Shown here: piece after piece, positions 1-8,713 of the stretch
How the letters are laid out: the number at the start of each line of letters is the position of its first letter
Position numbering within the stretch: the first letter of the stretch is position 1
NCBI GenBank assembly: GCA_965228475.1
Contig: OZ245817.1
Span: 2,560,001-2,624,000, forward strand
Source of the DNA: Myxococcota bacterium
Lineage (GTDB): Bacteria; Myxococcota_A; UBA9160; JAFDDA01
DNA: 64,000 nt
Direction: 5' to 3'
Program-made: the position numbers and the translations under genes
The notes under the pieces: model-generated
Databases searched by the model: none
Seen by the model: the letters and a program-made list of their open reading frames with translations, nothing else
Told to the model about the DNA's origin: nothing

Positions 1-31
1 CGGAGTATGGCGGATCCGTGGGCCGGCCGCC

Positions 32-757
32 CTACCCCTTCCGGGACTTCCTGGGCCTCGCGGCGGCTTCCTGCTCGGCGGCCTTCGCCCGCTTCGCCTC
101 GGCGGCGCGCAGGTCGAGGTGGCGCCACATGTACCAGCTCCCGACGCTCCGGAAGGGCCGCCAGGGCTCGGCGATCGCCTCCATGGTCTCGGGCTTCGGC
201 AGCTCCGCGAGGCCGTAGAGGTCCTGCATGCCCTTGCGAACGCCGTAGTCGCCCGTGGGCAGGACGTCCGGCCGGCCGAGGCAGAACATGAGGGTCATGT
301 GGGCGGTCCATTCGCCGATGCCGCGGACCTGGATGAGGTTCTCGACGATCGCGTCGTCGTCCATGTACGGAAAGCGGCGGGGCCGGACGTCGCCGTCGCG
401 GACGGCGCAGGCCACGGCCTTCATGGCGGCACTCTTCTGGCGCGAGAGGCCCGCCTTGCGCAGGCGCGGGTCGCGCGTGGCGAGGAGCTCCTCCGGCTCC
501 GGGTAGCGCCCGCCGTAGAGGGCCACGAAACGGCCTTCGATGGTCTTCGCGGCGGCACCCGCGAGCTGCTGGAAGAGGATCGAGCGCAGCAGCGAGCGAT
601 ACGGCGCGCCGGTCGGCCGGATCACGGGCGGGCCGTAGGCGCGCACCACGCCCCGGAGCTTCGCGTCGCGGCGCGGCAGCAGGCGATGCGCCCGGGCGAG
701 CTGCGCCGCATCGAGGCGGACGGGGCGAGTGGACCGAGGGGTGGCTGCGGAAGGCAT
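32..757 (-). CDS. DNA-3-methyladenine glycosylase II (AlkA/HhH-GPD family)
   Basis: SILFQQLAGAAA, GLSRQK, HhH motif VRGIGEWTA, RPDVLPTGDYGVRKG, WRPFRS; start moved to ATG at 757. Confidence 0.9.
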   Translation of the reverse strand: MPSAATPRSTRPVRLDAAQLARAHRLLPRRDAKLRGVVRAYGPPVIRPTGAPYRSLLRSILFQQLAGAAAKTIEGRFVALYGGRYPEPEELLATRDPRLRKAGLSRQKSAAMKAVACAVRDGDVRPRRFPYMDDDAIVENLIQVRGIGEWTAHMTLMFCLGRPDVLPTGDYGVRKGMQDLYGLAELPKPETMEAIAEPWRPFRSVGSWYMWRHLDLRAAEAKRAKAAEQEAAARPRKSRKG

Positions 758-837
758 GCATGCGCACGCTAGCGCAGGCCTGCCGCAGGCCACGTGCACG
801 GTGCTCTCCGCACGCAGCAAGGGTATTCTCCCGAGCC

Positions 838-2001
838 ATGGAGCGCCCGGTCGAAGTCTCGTTCGTGATGCCGTGCCTGAACGAGGCCGAGACCCTCGCG
901 GATTGCATCCGCGCGGCGAAGGGCTGCATCGAACGCCACGGCCTTTCCGCCGAGATCGTCATCGCCGACAACGGCAGCACCGACGGCTCCCAGGACATCG
1001 CCCGCAGCGAAGGCGCGCGGGTCGTCGACATCGAGGAGCGCGGCTACGGCGCGGCGCTGCTCGGCGGCTTCGAGGCGGCCCACGGCGAGTTCCTCATCAT
1101 GGGCGACGCCGACATGAGCTACGACTTCGGCGAAGCGTTCCCGATGGTCGAAGCCATGCGCGCAGGGGCCGACGTCGTGATGGGCTCGCGCTTCCGCGGC
1201 CGCATCGAGCCGGGCGCCATGCCCTTCCTCCACAAGTACCTCGGAAACCCCGTGCTCTCCTTCCTCGGGCGCTTCCTCTTCCGCATCGAGATCTCGGACT
1301 TCCACTGCGGCCTGCGCGGCTTCACGAAGAAGGCCTTCCACGCGATGAACCTCCGCACGAGCGGCATGGAGCTCGCGAGCGAGATCGTCGTGAAGGCGGC
1401 CACGGGGAAGATGCGCATCGCGGAAGTCCCGGTGACGCTCCGCCCCGACGGCCGCTCCCGCGCCCCGCACCTGCGCACGTGGCGCGACGGCTGGCGGCAC
1501 CTGCGCTTCCTCCTCACGCTCTCGCCGCGCTACACGCTCTTCGTCCCCGGGAGCGTCCTGCTCCTGCTCGGCGGAGCCCTGCTCGCGGCGGTGGCGCCCG
1601 GCCCGCTCTCCGTGGGCTCGGTGGTCCTCGACGTCCATACGATGCTCGTCGGGAGCCTGCTCGTGATCACGGGCTATCAGGCCATCACCACCGCCTTCGC
1701 GGCACGCATCTTCGCGCTGGAAGAGGAGATCGGGCCGCCGGCGCCCTGGCTCGAAAAGAGCTTCTCGATCTTCACGCTCGAGCGCGGAATCGTCGGCGGG
1801 CTGCTGCTCGCGCTCCTCGGCGTCGGCATCATCGGGCGCCTGATCGCGCACTGGGCCTCCCTCGACTTCGGGCCCCTCGACGCCTCGGCGACCCTCCGCC
1901 CCATGGTCTTCGGCGCGACCTTCGTCGCCCTCGGCATCCAGACCCTCCTCATGTCGTTCCTCTACAGCATGATGGGGATCAAGCGGAGACGATCCCGCTA
2001 G
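838..2001 (+). CDS. GT2 glycosyltransferase, DPM-synthase/polyprenol-phosphate glycosyltransferase-like, with C-terminal TM helices
   Basis: VMPCLNEA, DNGSTDGS, GYGAAL, DAD motif (MGDADMSY), GSRF, DFHCGLR; hydrophobic C-terminal third. Confidence 0.88.
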   Translation: MERPVEVSFVMPCLNEAETLADCIRAAKGCIERHGLSAEIVIADNGSTDGSQDIARSEGARVVDIEERGYGAALLGGFEAAHGEFLIMGDADMSYDFGEAFPMVEAMRAGADVVMGSRFRGRIEPGAMPFLHKYLGNPVLSFLGRFLFRIEISDFHCGLRGFTKKAFHAMNLRTSGMELASEIVVKAATGKMRIAEVPVTLRPDGRSRAPHLRTWRDGWRHLRFLLTLSPRYTLFVPGSVLLLLGGALLAAVAPGPLSVGSVVLDVHTMLVGSLLVITGYQAITTAFAARIFALEEEIGPPAPWLEKSFSIFTLERGIVGGLLLALLGVGIIGRLIAHWASLDFGPLDASATLRPMVFGATFVALGIQTLLMSFLYSMMGIKRRRSR

Positions 2002-2022
2002 ATGACGCCGGGCTCCCGCTAG

Positions 2023-2577
2023 ATGCGCACCATCGACCACATCCTTTCGCGCTGGCGGATCGGCAAGGCCGCCGCCTGGACGCGCCCGGGCGACCGGCTC
2101 CTCGACGTCGGATGCTACGACGGAAGCCTGATCCGCGAGGTGCGCCCACGCATCGCGAGCGCGGTTGGCATCGACGCCGTGGCCGAGCCGAGCGATGCGG
2201 GCGACGGCGTGCGCATCGTGCGAGGCCACTTCCCCGAAGACCTCTCCGAGCCCGACGGGAGCTTCGACTGCATCACGGCCCTCGCGGTGCTCGAGCACGT
2301 GACGGACCCGCCGGCCTTCGCCGCCGCCTGCCATCGCCTGCTCTCCCCCGGCGGCCGGGTCGTGCTGACGGTTCCCCACCCGCGCGTCGACGGCATCGTC
2401 GACACCCTGATCGCCCTGCGCCTCGCCGACGGCATGGACTTCGAAGAGCACCACGGGTTCGACGTCGGCCGTACACGCCCCATCTTCGAGGAGGCAGGGT
2501 TCAGGCTGCGGGCCGAGCGCGCCTTCCAGCTCGGCCTGAACCGGCTCTTCGTGTTCGAGAAGCCGGGGCCCGCCTAG
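2023..2577 (+). CDS. Class I SAM-dependent methyltransferase
   Basis: LLDVGCYDG motif I; FDCITALAVLEH; LSPGGRVVLTVP. Confidence 0.85.
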   Translation: MRTIDHILSRWRIGKAAAWTRPGDRLLDVGCYDGSLIREVRPRIASAVGIDAVAEPSDAGDGVRIVRGHFPEDLSEPDGSFDCITALAVLEHVTDPPAFAAACHRLLSPGGRVVLTVPHPRVDGIVDTLIALRLADGMDFEEHHGFDVGRTRPIFEEAGFRLRAERAFQLGLNRLFVFEKPGPA

Positions 2578-4823
2578 GGCCGCCGCAGGTCGGGGCCGGC
2601 GAGCTCGCTCCCGGCCCGGACGGCGCGCTCGGAAACCGAGAGCGATCCACTCCCGCCGCGCGCTCCCACGAGCGTGAAGTCTCCCTCGCCCTGCACCGCG
2701 CTTCCCGGCGTGGCCTCCGTCGAGTACGGCAGCACGAAGACGTAGCGGCCCTCTCCGTCGGCTTCGGCCACCGCGCGGTAGCGGTGCCGCCGACCCTGGG
2801 CCGTTCGCAGGACGAGGCTCGCTTCGACGCGCTCCCCCGGCGCGGCAAAGCCCACGACCCGCGCCCCCGCGACGATCTCCCAGATCCCGAGGGCGAAGCC
2901 CGGGGGCTCCGCAGCGAATTCGAGCGCGCGGCCGCTGCGCTGGTGCCAGAGCAGCCGATGATGCGAGAGCGCCGGCACGGCGGGTGCGAGTGCATCGGCC
3001 GGCCATGCCGTCCCGAAAGCGAAGGCCAGCCGGTGCGCGAGGGTGCCCTCCGGGTACGCGGCGGTGCGGCCGGCGCCGTGGCGGTCCGCCATCACGTAGC
3101 GGACGCCGAGCGCCTCGAGCATCGCGACGGCCTCCGCCTCGTCCCGCGCCGCGAAGTAGCGTTCGGCCGCGTCGTAGTTCGCGCGCCCGCCGTAGACGCC
3201 GAAGTTGTCCTGGATGAGCGGCCGGCGCGCGCGGTAGCGCAGCATGTGGCCCGCGTCCCAGCTCGAGAGCACGGCGTACTCCGGCAGGACCTCGGGATCG
3301 AACCAGCCGGAGGTCGGCGGGGAGTTCGCACCGAGCCACCGCGAGCCGGCATCGACGAGGCGGTTGCGAACGCCGTGCGGCCCGCCGCGGGCGACCGCCG
3401 GGTCCGCGTGGGCGCGCGCGTGGCCCTGCCAGCGTTCGAGATGGAGCGCCAGGAGGCCGTCGGCGAGGAGCAGCAGGAAGACGGCCGCGAAAGCGCCTGC
3501 CGCGATGCGGCGCCCCGTGCCCCAGCGCCGCCAGGCCGCTGCGACGAGGGGCGCCGTCTCGTAGAAGAGCCATCCCCAGACCAGCACGTAGAAGATGGAG
3601 AAGCTGTTCCCGAAGCGGCGCTGCAAGCTCGTCAGGACGAAGAAGAGGAGGCTCATCCCGAGCAGGACGAAGCGGTCTGCGGACGCGCCCGTCCGCACGC
3701 TCCGCCAGGCGAGCCAGGCCCAGGCGAAGGGGAAGAGGAAGGCCAGGATCGTCAGGCGGGAGACGATGAGGTCCGGGGAGAACGGGCGCAGCTCGCGGAC
3801 CTCGTGCTGGAAGGCCTCCTCCTTGGAGAACCATCCGGCCCCGGTCGCGACGACGTCCGAGAGGCCGGGGATCACGAGAAAGGCCGCCGCAAGCGCCACG
3901 ACCCCGGCGGCGACGGCGGCACCGATCCGCCGGCCGCGCGTGGCCCCGAGACCGGTTCCGAACGCGAGCGCCGCCACCCCGAGCACCCCGGCCGCGACCG
4001 CGAAGAAGGCCGGCTGGAAGTTCGAGAGCACCCACGGGCTCCACGGTCCGAACTCCGGCCACGCCTGCCCCCACCCGAACGGCGCGAGGACGACCGCGGC
4101 CACCGCGTTCGCGAGGGCCAGCCACCGGGCCCGGGCGCGCGCATCCTCCGCGCGCTCCGCGAGCAAGGCGTACAGCACGAGCAGGCCGTCGAAGGCACCG
4201 ACGTGGATCAGCGCTCCCGGCCACAGCAGCAGCAGCGCCGCGAAGAGCCCCCCGAGACCGAAGGCGCTCGCCAGCCCCGGTGCACCCGCCCGCGATGCGG
4301 AAGCGAGCGCGACGCCCGTCAGAGCGACCGCCCCGAGCGCAACGGCGACGTGGTGGTCGAGCTGCCCGGCCTGGGAGTGCAGCAGGTGGACGGGCAGGAC
4401 GGCGAGGAGCCCCCCGGCCAGCCACCCGGCCCCCGGCGAGAAGTGCCGCCGTCCGACCCACGCGACGCCGACCACGGCCAGGGCGCCGAGCACCGCCGGC
4501 ACGCGCGCGGCGACGTGTTCGACGGCCGTCTCGTCGCCCTCGGGCGCCACGGCGCGGGCCAGCGCCGCGATGCTCCAGTCGAAGGCCGGCGGCCAGACGA
4601 TGTGCCCGCCGTGCGGGTAGTTCACGTAGCGGTCGAAGTCGAGGACGTCGGGAAAGCGCTCCACCGAGTAGGCGATGCGGCGCATGTGGTAGTAGGGATC
4701 GCCGCCGGCGGTGAAGTGCACGCCGTCGGGCTGGAGGACGAGGACCTCGGACTGCGCGCGCAGGCTCCACGCGGCGGCGAAGAGCACGAGGAAACCGAGA
4801 GCGACGAGGAGCGGGCGTCTCAT
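2574..4823 (-). CDS. STT3/AglB-like oligosaccharyltransferase (GT-C fold)
   Basis: GGDPYYHMRR, FDRYVNYPHG, DHH, EVRE, many TM helices, SSWDAGH (WWDYG-like), QDNFG, C-terminal beta domain ending VLPYST. Confidence 0.82.
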   Translation of the reverse strand: MRRPLLVALGFLVLFAAAWSLRAQSEVLVLQPDGVHFTAGGDPYYHMRRIAYSVERFPDVLDFDRYVNYPHGGHIVWPPAFDWSIAALARAVAPEGDETAVEHVAARVPAVLGALAVVGVAWVGRRHFSPGAGWLAGGLLAVLPVHLLHSQAGQLDHHVAVALGAVALTGVALASASRAGAPGLASAFGLGGLFAALLLLWPGALIHVGAFDGLLVLYALLAERAEDARARARWLALANAVAAVVLAPFGWGQAWPEFGPWSPWVLSNFQPAFFAVAAGVLGVAALAFGTGLGATRGRRIGAAVAAGVVALAAAFLVIPGLSDVVATGAGWFSKEEAFQHEVRELRPFSPDLIVSRLTILAFLFPFAWAWLAWRSVRTGASADRFVLLGMSLLFFVLTSLQRRFGNSFSIFYVLVWGWLFYETAPLVAAAWRRWGTGRRIAAGAFAAVFLLLLADGLLALHLERWQGHARAHADPAVARGGPHGVRNRLVDAGSRWLGANSPPTSGWFDPEVLPEYAVLSSWDAGHMLRYRARRPLIQDNFGVYGGRANYDAAERYFAARDEAEAVAMLEALGVRYVMADRHGAGRTAAYPEGTLAHRLAFAFGTAWPADALAPAVPALSHHRLLWHQRSGRALEFAAEPPGFALGIWEIVAGARVVGFAAPGERVEASLVLRTAQGRRHRYRAVAEADGEGRYVFVLPYSTEATPGSAVQGEGDFTLVGARGGSGSLSVSERAVRAGSELAGPDLRRP

Positions 4824-4906
4824 TGCGGGCGTCCGAGCCTATCAGCCGGGGCCGAGCGCGGAAACCGTGCGCAGCGGCCCTCGGGCGGCCTGCTAGCCTC
4901 CCCTCC

Positions 4907-5833
4907 ATGGCCGAACACGACCCCATCCTGATCGAGCGAGCACGGAACCTCTGGACGAGCTTCGGGCGCAAGTTCCCCGCCATCGAGAAGTCGACCCAGA
5001 TCGGCTGGCCCGAGACGCGCTTCGACCAGATCGGCGGTCTCGCGGGCCCGAAGGACGAGGTCCTGACCTTCGCCTGCGCCGCCACCAGCCCCGACGTCTA
5101 CGGCCGCTGGGGAACCTTCCCGCCCTCGGGCCTGCTGCTCATCGGCGCACGCGGCACCGGCAAGCAGATGCTCGCCGAGGCGCTCGCCGAACAGGCCGGC
5201 ACCGGCTTCCTGAAGATCCGCATCCCGACGCTCGTGATGGAGACCCTGCGCCACGGCGGCAAGGTCGGGGAGATGACCGAAGGCTGGAGCCAGACGCTCT
5301 CGGAGCTGCCGCCGGTCACGGTCTTCTTCGGCGAGCTCGAGTTCTACCAGGCCCACGAGTTCGGTTCCCAGCGCGATGACCTCCCGATCGGCCCGGTCAT
5401 GGACTTCCTGCTCGACCTCGTCGACCGCACCGTGGCGGTCGAGCACGCCCTGACCGTCGGCTCGACGAGCTACCCGGACACGCTCCGGCCGGCTTTCCTG
5501 AGCGACCGGCGCTTCGAACGCGTCGTCGAGGTGAACCCGGTCTTCCCGGGCGACGTCGTCGAGTCCCTGCGCATCCACGCCGAATCGGCCAGCAAGCGGG
5601 CGGGCCGGCCGCTGTTCGAAGAGGTCGACTGGCTCGAGGTCGTCCGGCCCTACGCCGATCATTCCATCGCCGAGTGGGTTCGGATCCTGCACGGCGTGCT
5701 GCGCCGCAAGGCGCGCTGCGAGGCGGCCGGCGAAGCCGTGACGCCCGTCGTGACCGAGGACCTGGTCAGCGAAGCCGCCCGCGTCCAGGGCACCAAGAAG
5801 CGCTTGAGCTACGGCGAGGGGACCTACCTCTAG
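4907..5833 (+). CDS. Degenerate AAA+ ATPase of the proteasome-ATPase/Cdc48-like clade, C-terminal GTYL
   Basis: FDQIGGL, PPSGLLLIGARGTGKQ (Walker A-like), VFFGELE (Walker B-like), STSYPDTLRPAFLSDRRFER (SRH-like); start ATG 4907. Confidence 0.75.
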   Translation: MAEHDPILIERARNLWTSFGRKFPAIEKSTQIGWPETRFDQIGGLAGPKDEVLTFACAATSPDVYGRWGTFPPSGLLLIGARGTGKQMLAEALAEQAGTGFLKIRIPTLVMETLRHGGKVGEMTEGWSQTLSELPPVTVFFGELEFYQAHEFGSQRDDLPIGPVMDFLLDLVDRTVAVEHALTVGSTSYPDTLRPAFLSDRRFERVVEVNPVFPGDVVESLRIHAESASKRAGRPLFEEVDWLEVVRPYADHSIAEWVRILHGVLRRKARCEAAGEAVTPVVTEDLVSEAARVQGTKKRLSYGEGTYL

Positions 5834-5852
5834 GCCGGTCCGCCTCCGCGGG

Positions 5853-7904
5853 TCAGTCCGCCCGGAAGCGCCCGACCTCCTGCTCGAGGGTGCGCGAACG
5901 CGTGGAGAGGCTCTCCACCATGCGCTTCATCTCTTCGGCCTTGCGCCCGCTCTCGATCTTCACGTCGCGGAAGACGGCGAGCGCTTCGTTGATGGTCTCG
6001 GCGCTCTTGCTCTGGGCCTGGGTCGCGGCGGCGATCTGATTCACCATCGCCGTGACGTTCTCGACCGAGTTCGTGATGAGCTTGCTCTCGCGGCTCTGCT
6101 CGGAGGTGCTGCGCTTGACCTCCTGGCCGAGCTGACGCATCGCCTCGACGGCGCGCGTGATCTCGCTGCTCGCCCGGTCCTGCTCGTGGATCGACGTGTT
6201 GATGTGCTTCACGATCTCGCGCACCTGCTGCATGGCGTCGTCCACCTGCTGGATGTCCTTCGCCTGCTGCTGGTTCGCCTGGACGATCTCTCCGACCATC
6301 TGGGTCGAGAGGCGCGAGCTCCCGATGATCTCCTGGAGGAGCTTGCCGGCCTTCTCGGAGAGGCCGACCCCGCGCTCCACGGTGGTGGAGCCCTCGGCCA
6401 TGGCCGCCACGGCGTTGCCCGTCTCGGCCTGGACGTTCTGGATCAGGGCGGCGATCTCGCGGGTGGAGAGCGCCGTCTTGTCGGCGAGGCTCTTCACCTG
6501 CTCGGCGACCACCGCGAAGGCCTTGCCGTGCTCGCCGGCCTGGGACGCGATGATGGCGGCGTTGAGCGAGAGCAGGTTCGTCTGCTCCGCGATGCCGTCG
6601 ATCACCTTCACGATCTCGCCGATCGATTCCGAACGCTCCGCGAGACTGCCGACGACGTTCTCGATCGCGCCGAACTGTTCGCGGATCTCGCGCATGCCGG
6701 TGATGGTCTCGCTCACCGCGCGCATGCCCTCCTCGGCTTCGGCCGCGGCCTTGTCCGAGAGTTCCTGGCTGTGGGAGGCGTTGCTCTCGACCTGCTGGAC
6801 CGACGTGTTCAGCTCGTGGACCGAGGCCGTCGTCGAATCCGTCGCCTCGTTCAGGACGTCGACGCTGCGCGCGACCTCCTTGATGCTCTGGGTCATCTCG
6901 ACCACGGAGGACGAGGTCATCTCGATCGATTCCGAGAGGCCGTCCATGTTGGTCGCGATCTCGTTGACCGCGAGGTCCATCTGCACGATCGAGCCCGAGG
7001 TCTCGTTGGCCGATTCCGCGAGCCGCTCGGAGTTCTTGCTGACCTCCTTGATCGACTGGGTCACGGACACCACCGAGTCTCCGGCCTCGTCGACGGCCTG
7101 CTCCTGGCGCTGGCCTTCGACGATCATCTCGCGGCTGGCGGACTCGAGACCGTCGGTCACGAGCCGCACCGAGGCCGTGTTCTCGTGGACCTCGCCGATC
7201 AGCTTCCGGAGCCCTTCGGCCATGCCGTTGAAGGCCCGCGAGAGCGTTCCGATCTCGTCGTTGCCGTCGAAGTCCACCCGGATGCGCAGGTCGCCCCCGG
7301 CCACCGCTTCGGCGCTCTCGGCCAGATTGGCCAGCGGAACGGTGATCGCCCGCTGCAGGCGGTTCCCCAGCCCGATCGCGACCAGCGCCGCGAAGAGCGC
7401 CGTTGCCAGGCCGAGCATCAGGTAGGCATTGCGGCGCTCCGCAAGGTGGGAGATGTCGCTGGCGAGGTAGATCGTCCCGACGCGCTCGCCGTAGCTGACG
7501 ACGTCGCGGAACATGCGCAGCGCGTCGGACCCGAACTCGGAGCCCGAAGCCTGCGGCGCCGGCGGACGGAAACCCTCGGAGCCCTCCCGCCGCGAGTAGG
7601 TCGCGAAGACCTGGCCGTCCGGCGTGTAGATGGCCGCCTCGAGGATGCGCGGCTCCTTGCTCAGCGCGAAGAGGGTCTCCCGCGCGGCTTCCGGATCGTT
7701 GAAGGCGAGCGCCGCGGTCGAGTTGGTCCCGATGATCTCGGCCAGGGTCCCGGTGTCGTGGACCATCTTCTGTTCGTAGGTGACCCGTTCGTAGGTCATG
7801 AAGCCGCCGACGGCGATCGCGAGCGCCGTGAGCGACGTCACGAGCACGTTCAGCGTGAGCTTCTGTCGGATCGAGAGTTCGCCAAAAGATCGCATGGTGA
7901 TCAT
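5853..7904 (-). CDS. Methyl-accepting chemotaxis protein with YfiN-like (CHASE8-type) periplasmic domain and HAMP
   Basis: TM - AALAFNDPEAARETL sensor - TM - HAMP (DEIGTLSRAFNGM) - MCP tip IAEQTNLLSLNAAIIASQAGEHGKAFAVVA. Confidence 0.9.
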   Translation of the reverse strand: MITMRSFGELSIRQKLTLNVLVTSLTALAIAVGGFMTYERVTYEQKMVHDTGTLAEIIGTNSTAALAFNDPEAARETLFALSKEPRILEAAIYTPDGQVFATYSRREGSEGFRPPAPQASGSEFGSDALRMFRDVVSYGERVGTIYLASDISHLAERRNAYLMLGLATALFAALVAIGLGNRLQRAITVPLANLAESAEAVAGGDLRIRVDFDGNDEIGTLSRAFNGMAEGLRKLIGEVHENTASVRLVTDGLESASREMIVEGQRQEQAVDEAGDSVVSVTQSIKEVSKNSERLAESANETSGSIVQMDLAVNEIATNMDGLSESIEMTSSSVVEMTQSIKEVARSVDVLNEATDSTTASVHELNTSVQQVESNASHSQELSDKAAAEAEEGMRAVSETITGMREIREQFGAIENVVGSLAERSESIGEIVKVIDGIAEQTNLLSLNAAIIASQAGEHGKAFAVVAEQVKSLADKTALSTREIAALIQNVQAETGNAVAAMAEGSTTVERGVGLSEKAGKLLQEIIGSSRLSTQMVGEIVQANQQQAKDIQQVDDAMQQVREIVKHINTSIHEQDRASSEITRAVEAMRQLGQEVKRSTSEQSRESKLITNSVENVTAMVNQIAAATQAQSKSAETINEALAVFRDVKIESGRKAEEMKRMVESLSTRSRTLEQEVGRFRAD

Positions 7905-8425
7905 CCGCCCTCGACGATGGTGGCGAGCCGGAGCAGCTGGGAGCTGATCTTGAGCCCCGCCTTCTTGGCTGCCCGCTCGTTGATCTCGAACCGGATCTTC
8001 TTGTCCGATTCGACGAAGTTGATCATGCCGCCGCGCTTCGCGAAGCGTTCGAGGTCCGCGACGAGCAGGACGGGCGAGCCCGAGAGGCTGCTCAGGATCG
8101 TGTCGACCGAGCCGCTCTCCGAGCGGCTCACGAAGAGGATCGAACAGCCGCCCGCCGCCGAGACGCTGCCGATCCGGCGCGTCTTGACCGCACGTTTCCC
8201 GACGGATCGGCCGGCGACGGTCTCGTCGAGCGTCGACCCGAAGGGGTCGTCACCGAGCACGCAGATTTCGAGGTCGCCCTTGGCGTCGGGCCACTCGACG
8301 AACTTGCCGAAGTTCAGCAGGAAGGCCGCCTTTACCTGGTACTCGGAGACGGCCGAGACGGCCGGCGCCAGCCAGAAGAGCGACGACAGGACTGCGCCCG
8401 CCAGAACTCTGTGCGCAACTTTCAC
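7901..8425 (-). CDS. yfiR: YfiR family periplasmic protein (DUF4154)
   Basis: Signal peptide, EYQVKAAFLLNFGKFVEWP, ICVLGDDPFG, GGMINF, FEIN..A..AGLKISSQLLRLA; GTG start after a G-rich RBS; 4-bp overlap with the MCP gene. Confidence 0.9.
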   Translation of the reverse strand: MKVAHRVLAGAVLSSLFWLAPAVSAVSEYQVKAAFLLNFGKFVEWPDAKGDLEICVLGDDPFGSTLDETVAGRSVGKRAVKTRRIGSVSAAGGCSILFVSRSESGSVDTILSSLSGSPVLLVADLERFAKRGGMINFVESDKKIRFEINERAAKKAGLKISSQLLRLATIVEGG

Positions 8426-8475
8426 TCGTTCCCCCCGCGCGGTCCCGCCGATCGGGGCCGGGTGGCCCTGCTGAA

Positions 8476-8502
8476 ACATCGGCAGAAGATCCCCCCTCTT
8501 GA
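8476..8502 (-). promoter_or_regulatory. Putative sigma-28 (FliA-type) promoter of the yfiR-MCP operon
   Basis: Minus strand reads TCAAG-N14-GCCGATGT, matching the FliA consensus TCAAG/TAAA-N14-15-GCCGATA, about 50 bp upstream of yfiR. Confidence 0.65.
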
Positions 8503-8713
8503 GCGCAGCCTCCGTGGAAGACCACGGCCCCTCCGGAGAAAACCCTGGACGAGGCTGACGGGACGCCGGTCCCTTCCTCGGCGTGCCCGGCGCTCGGCGC
8601 CGCCGGTTTTGCGCTCGACGCGCGGGCCCGTTGCGTCGAAGTTTGGGGTTGGAAAGCCCCGAGGCCGGACCTATTCTGCCCGGTCGCCGAGGGGCGACCG
8701 GAGGTTCCCTCGC

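Noticed and set aside
729..5085. Very long ORFs 729..4931 (+) and 769..5085 (-)
   Set aside because: Arg/Pro/Ala-rich shadow frames over well-supported genes; stop codons are scarce at this GC content
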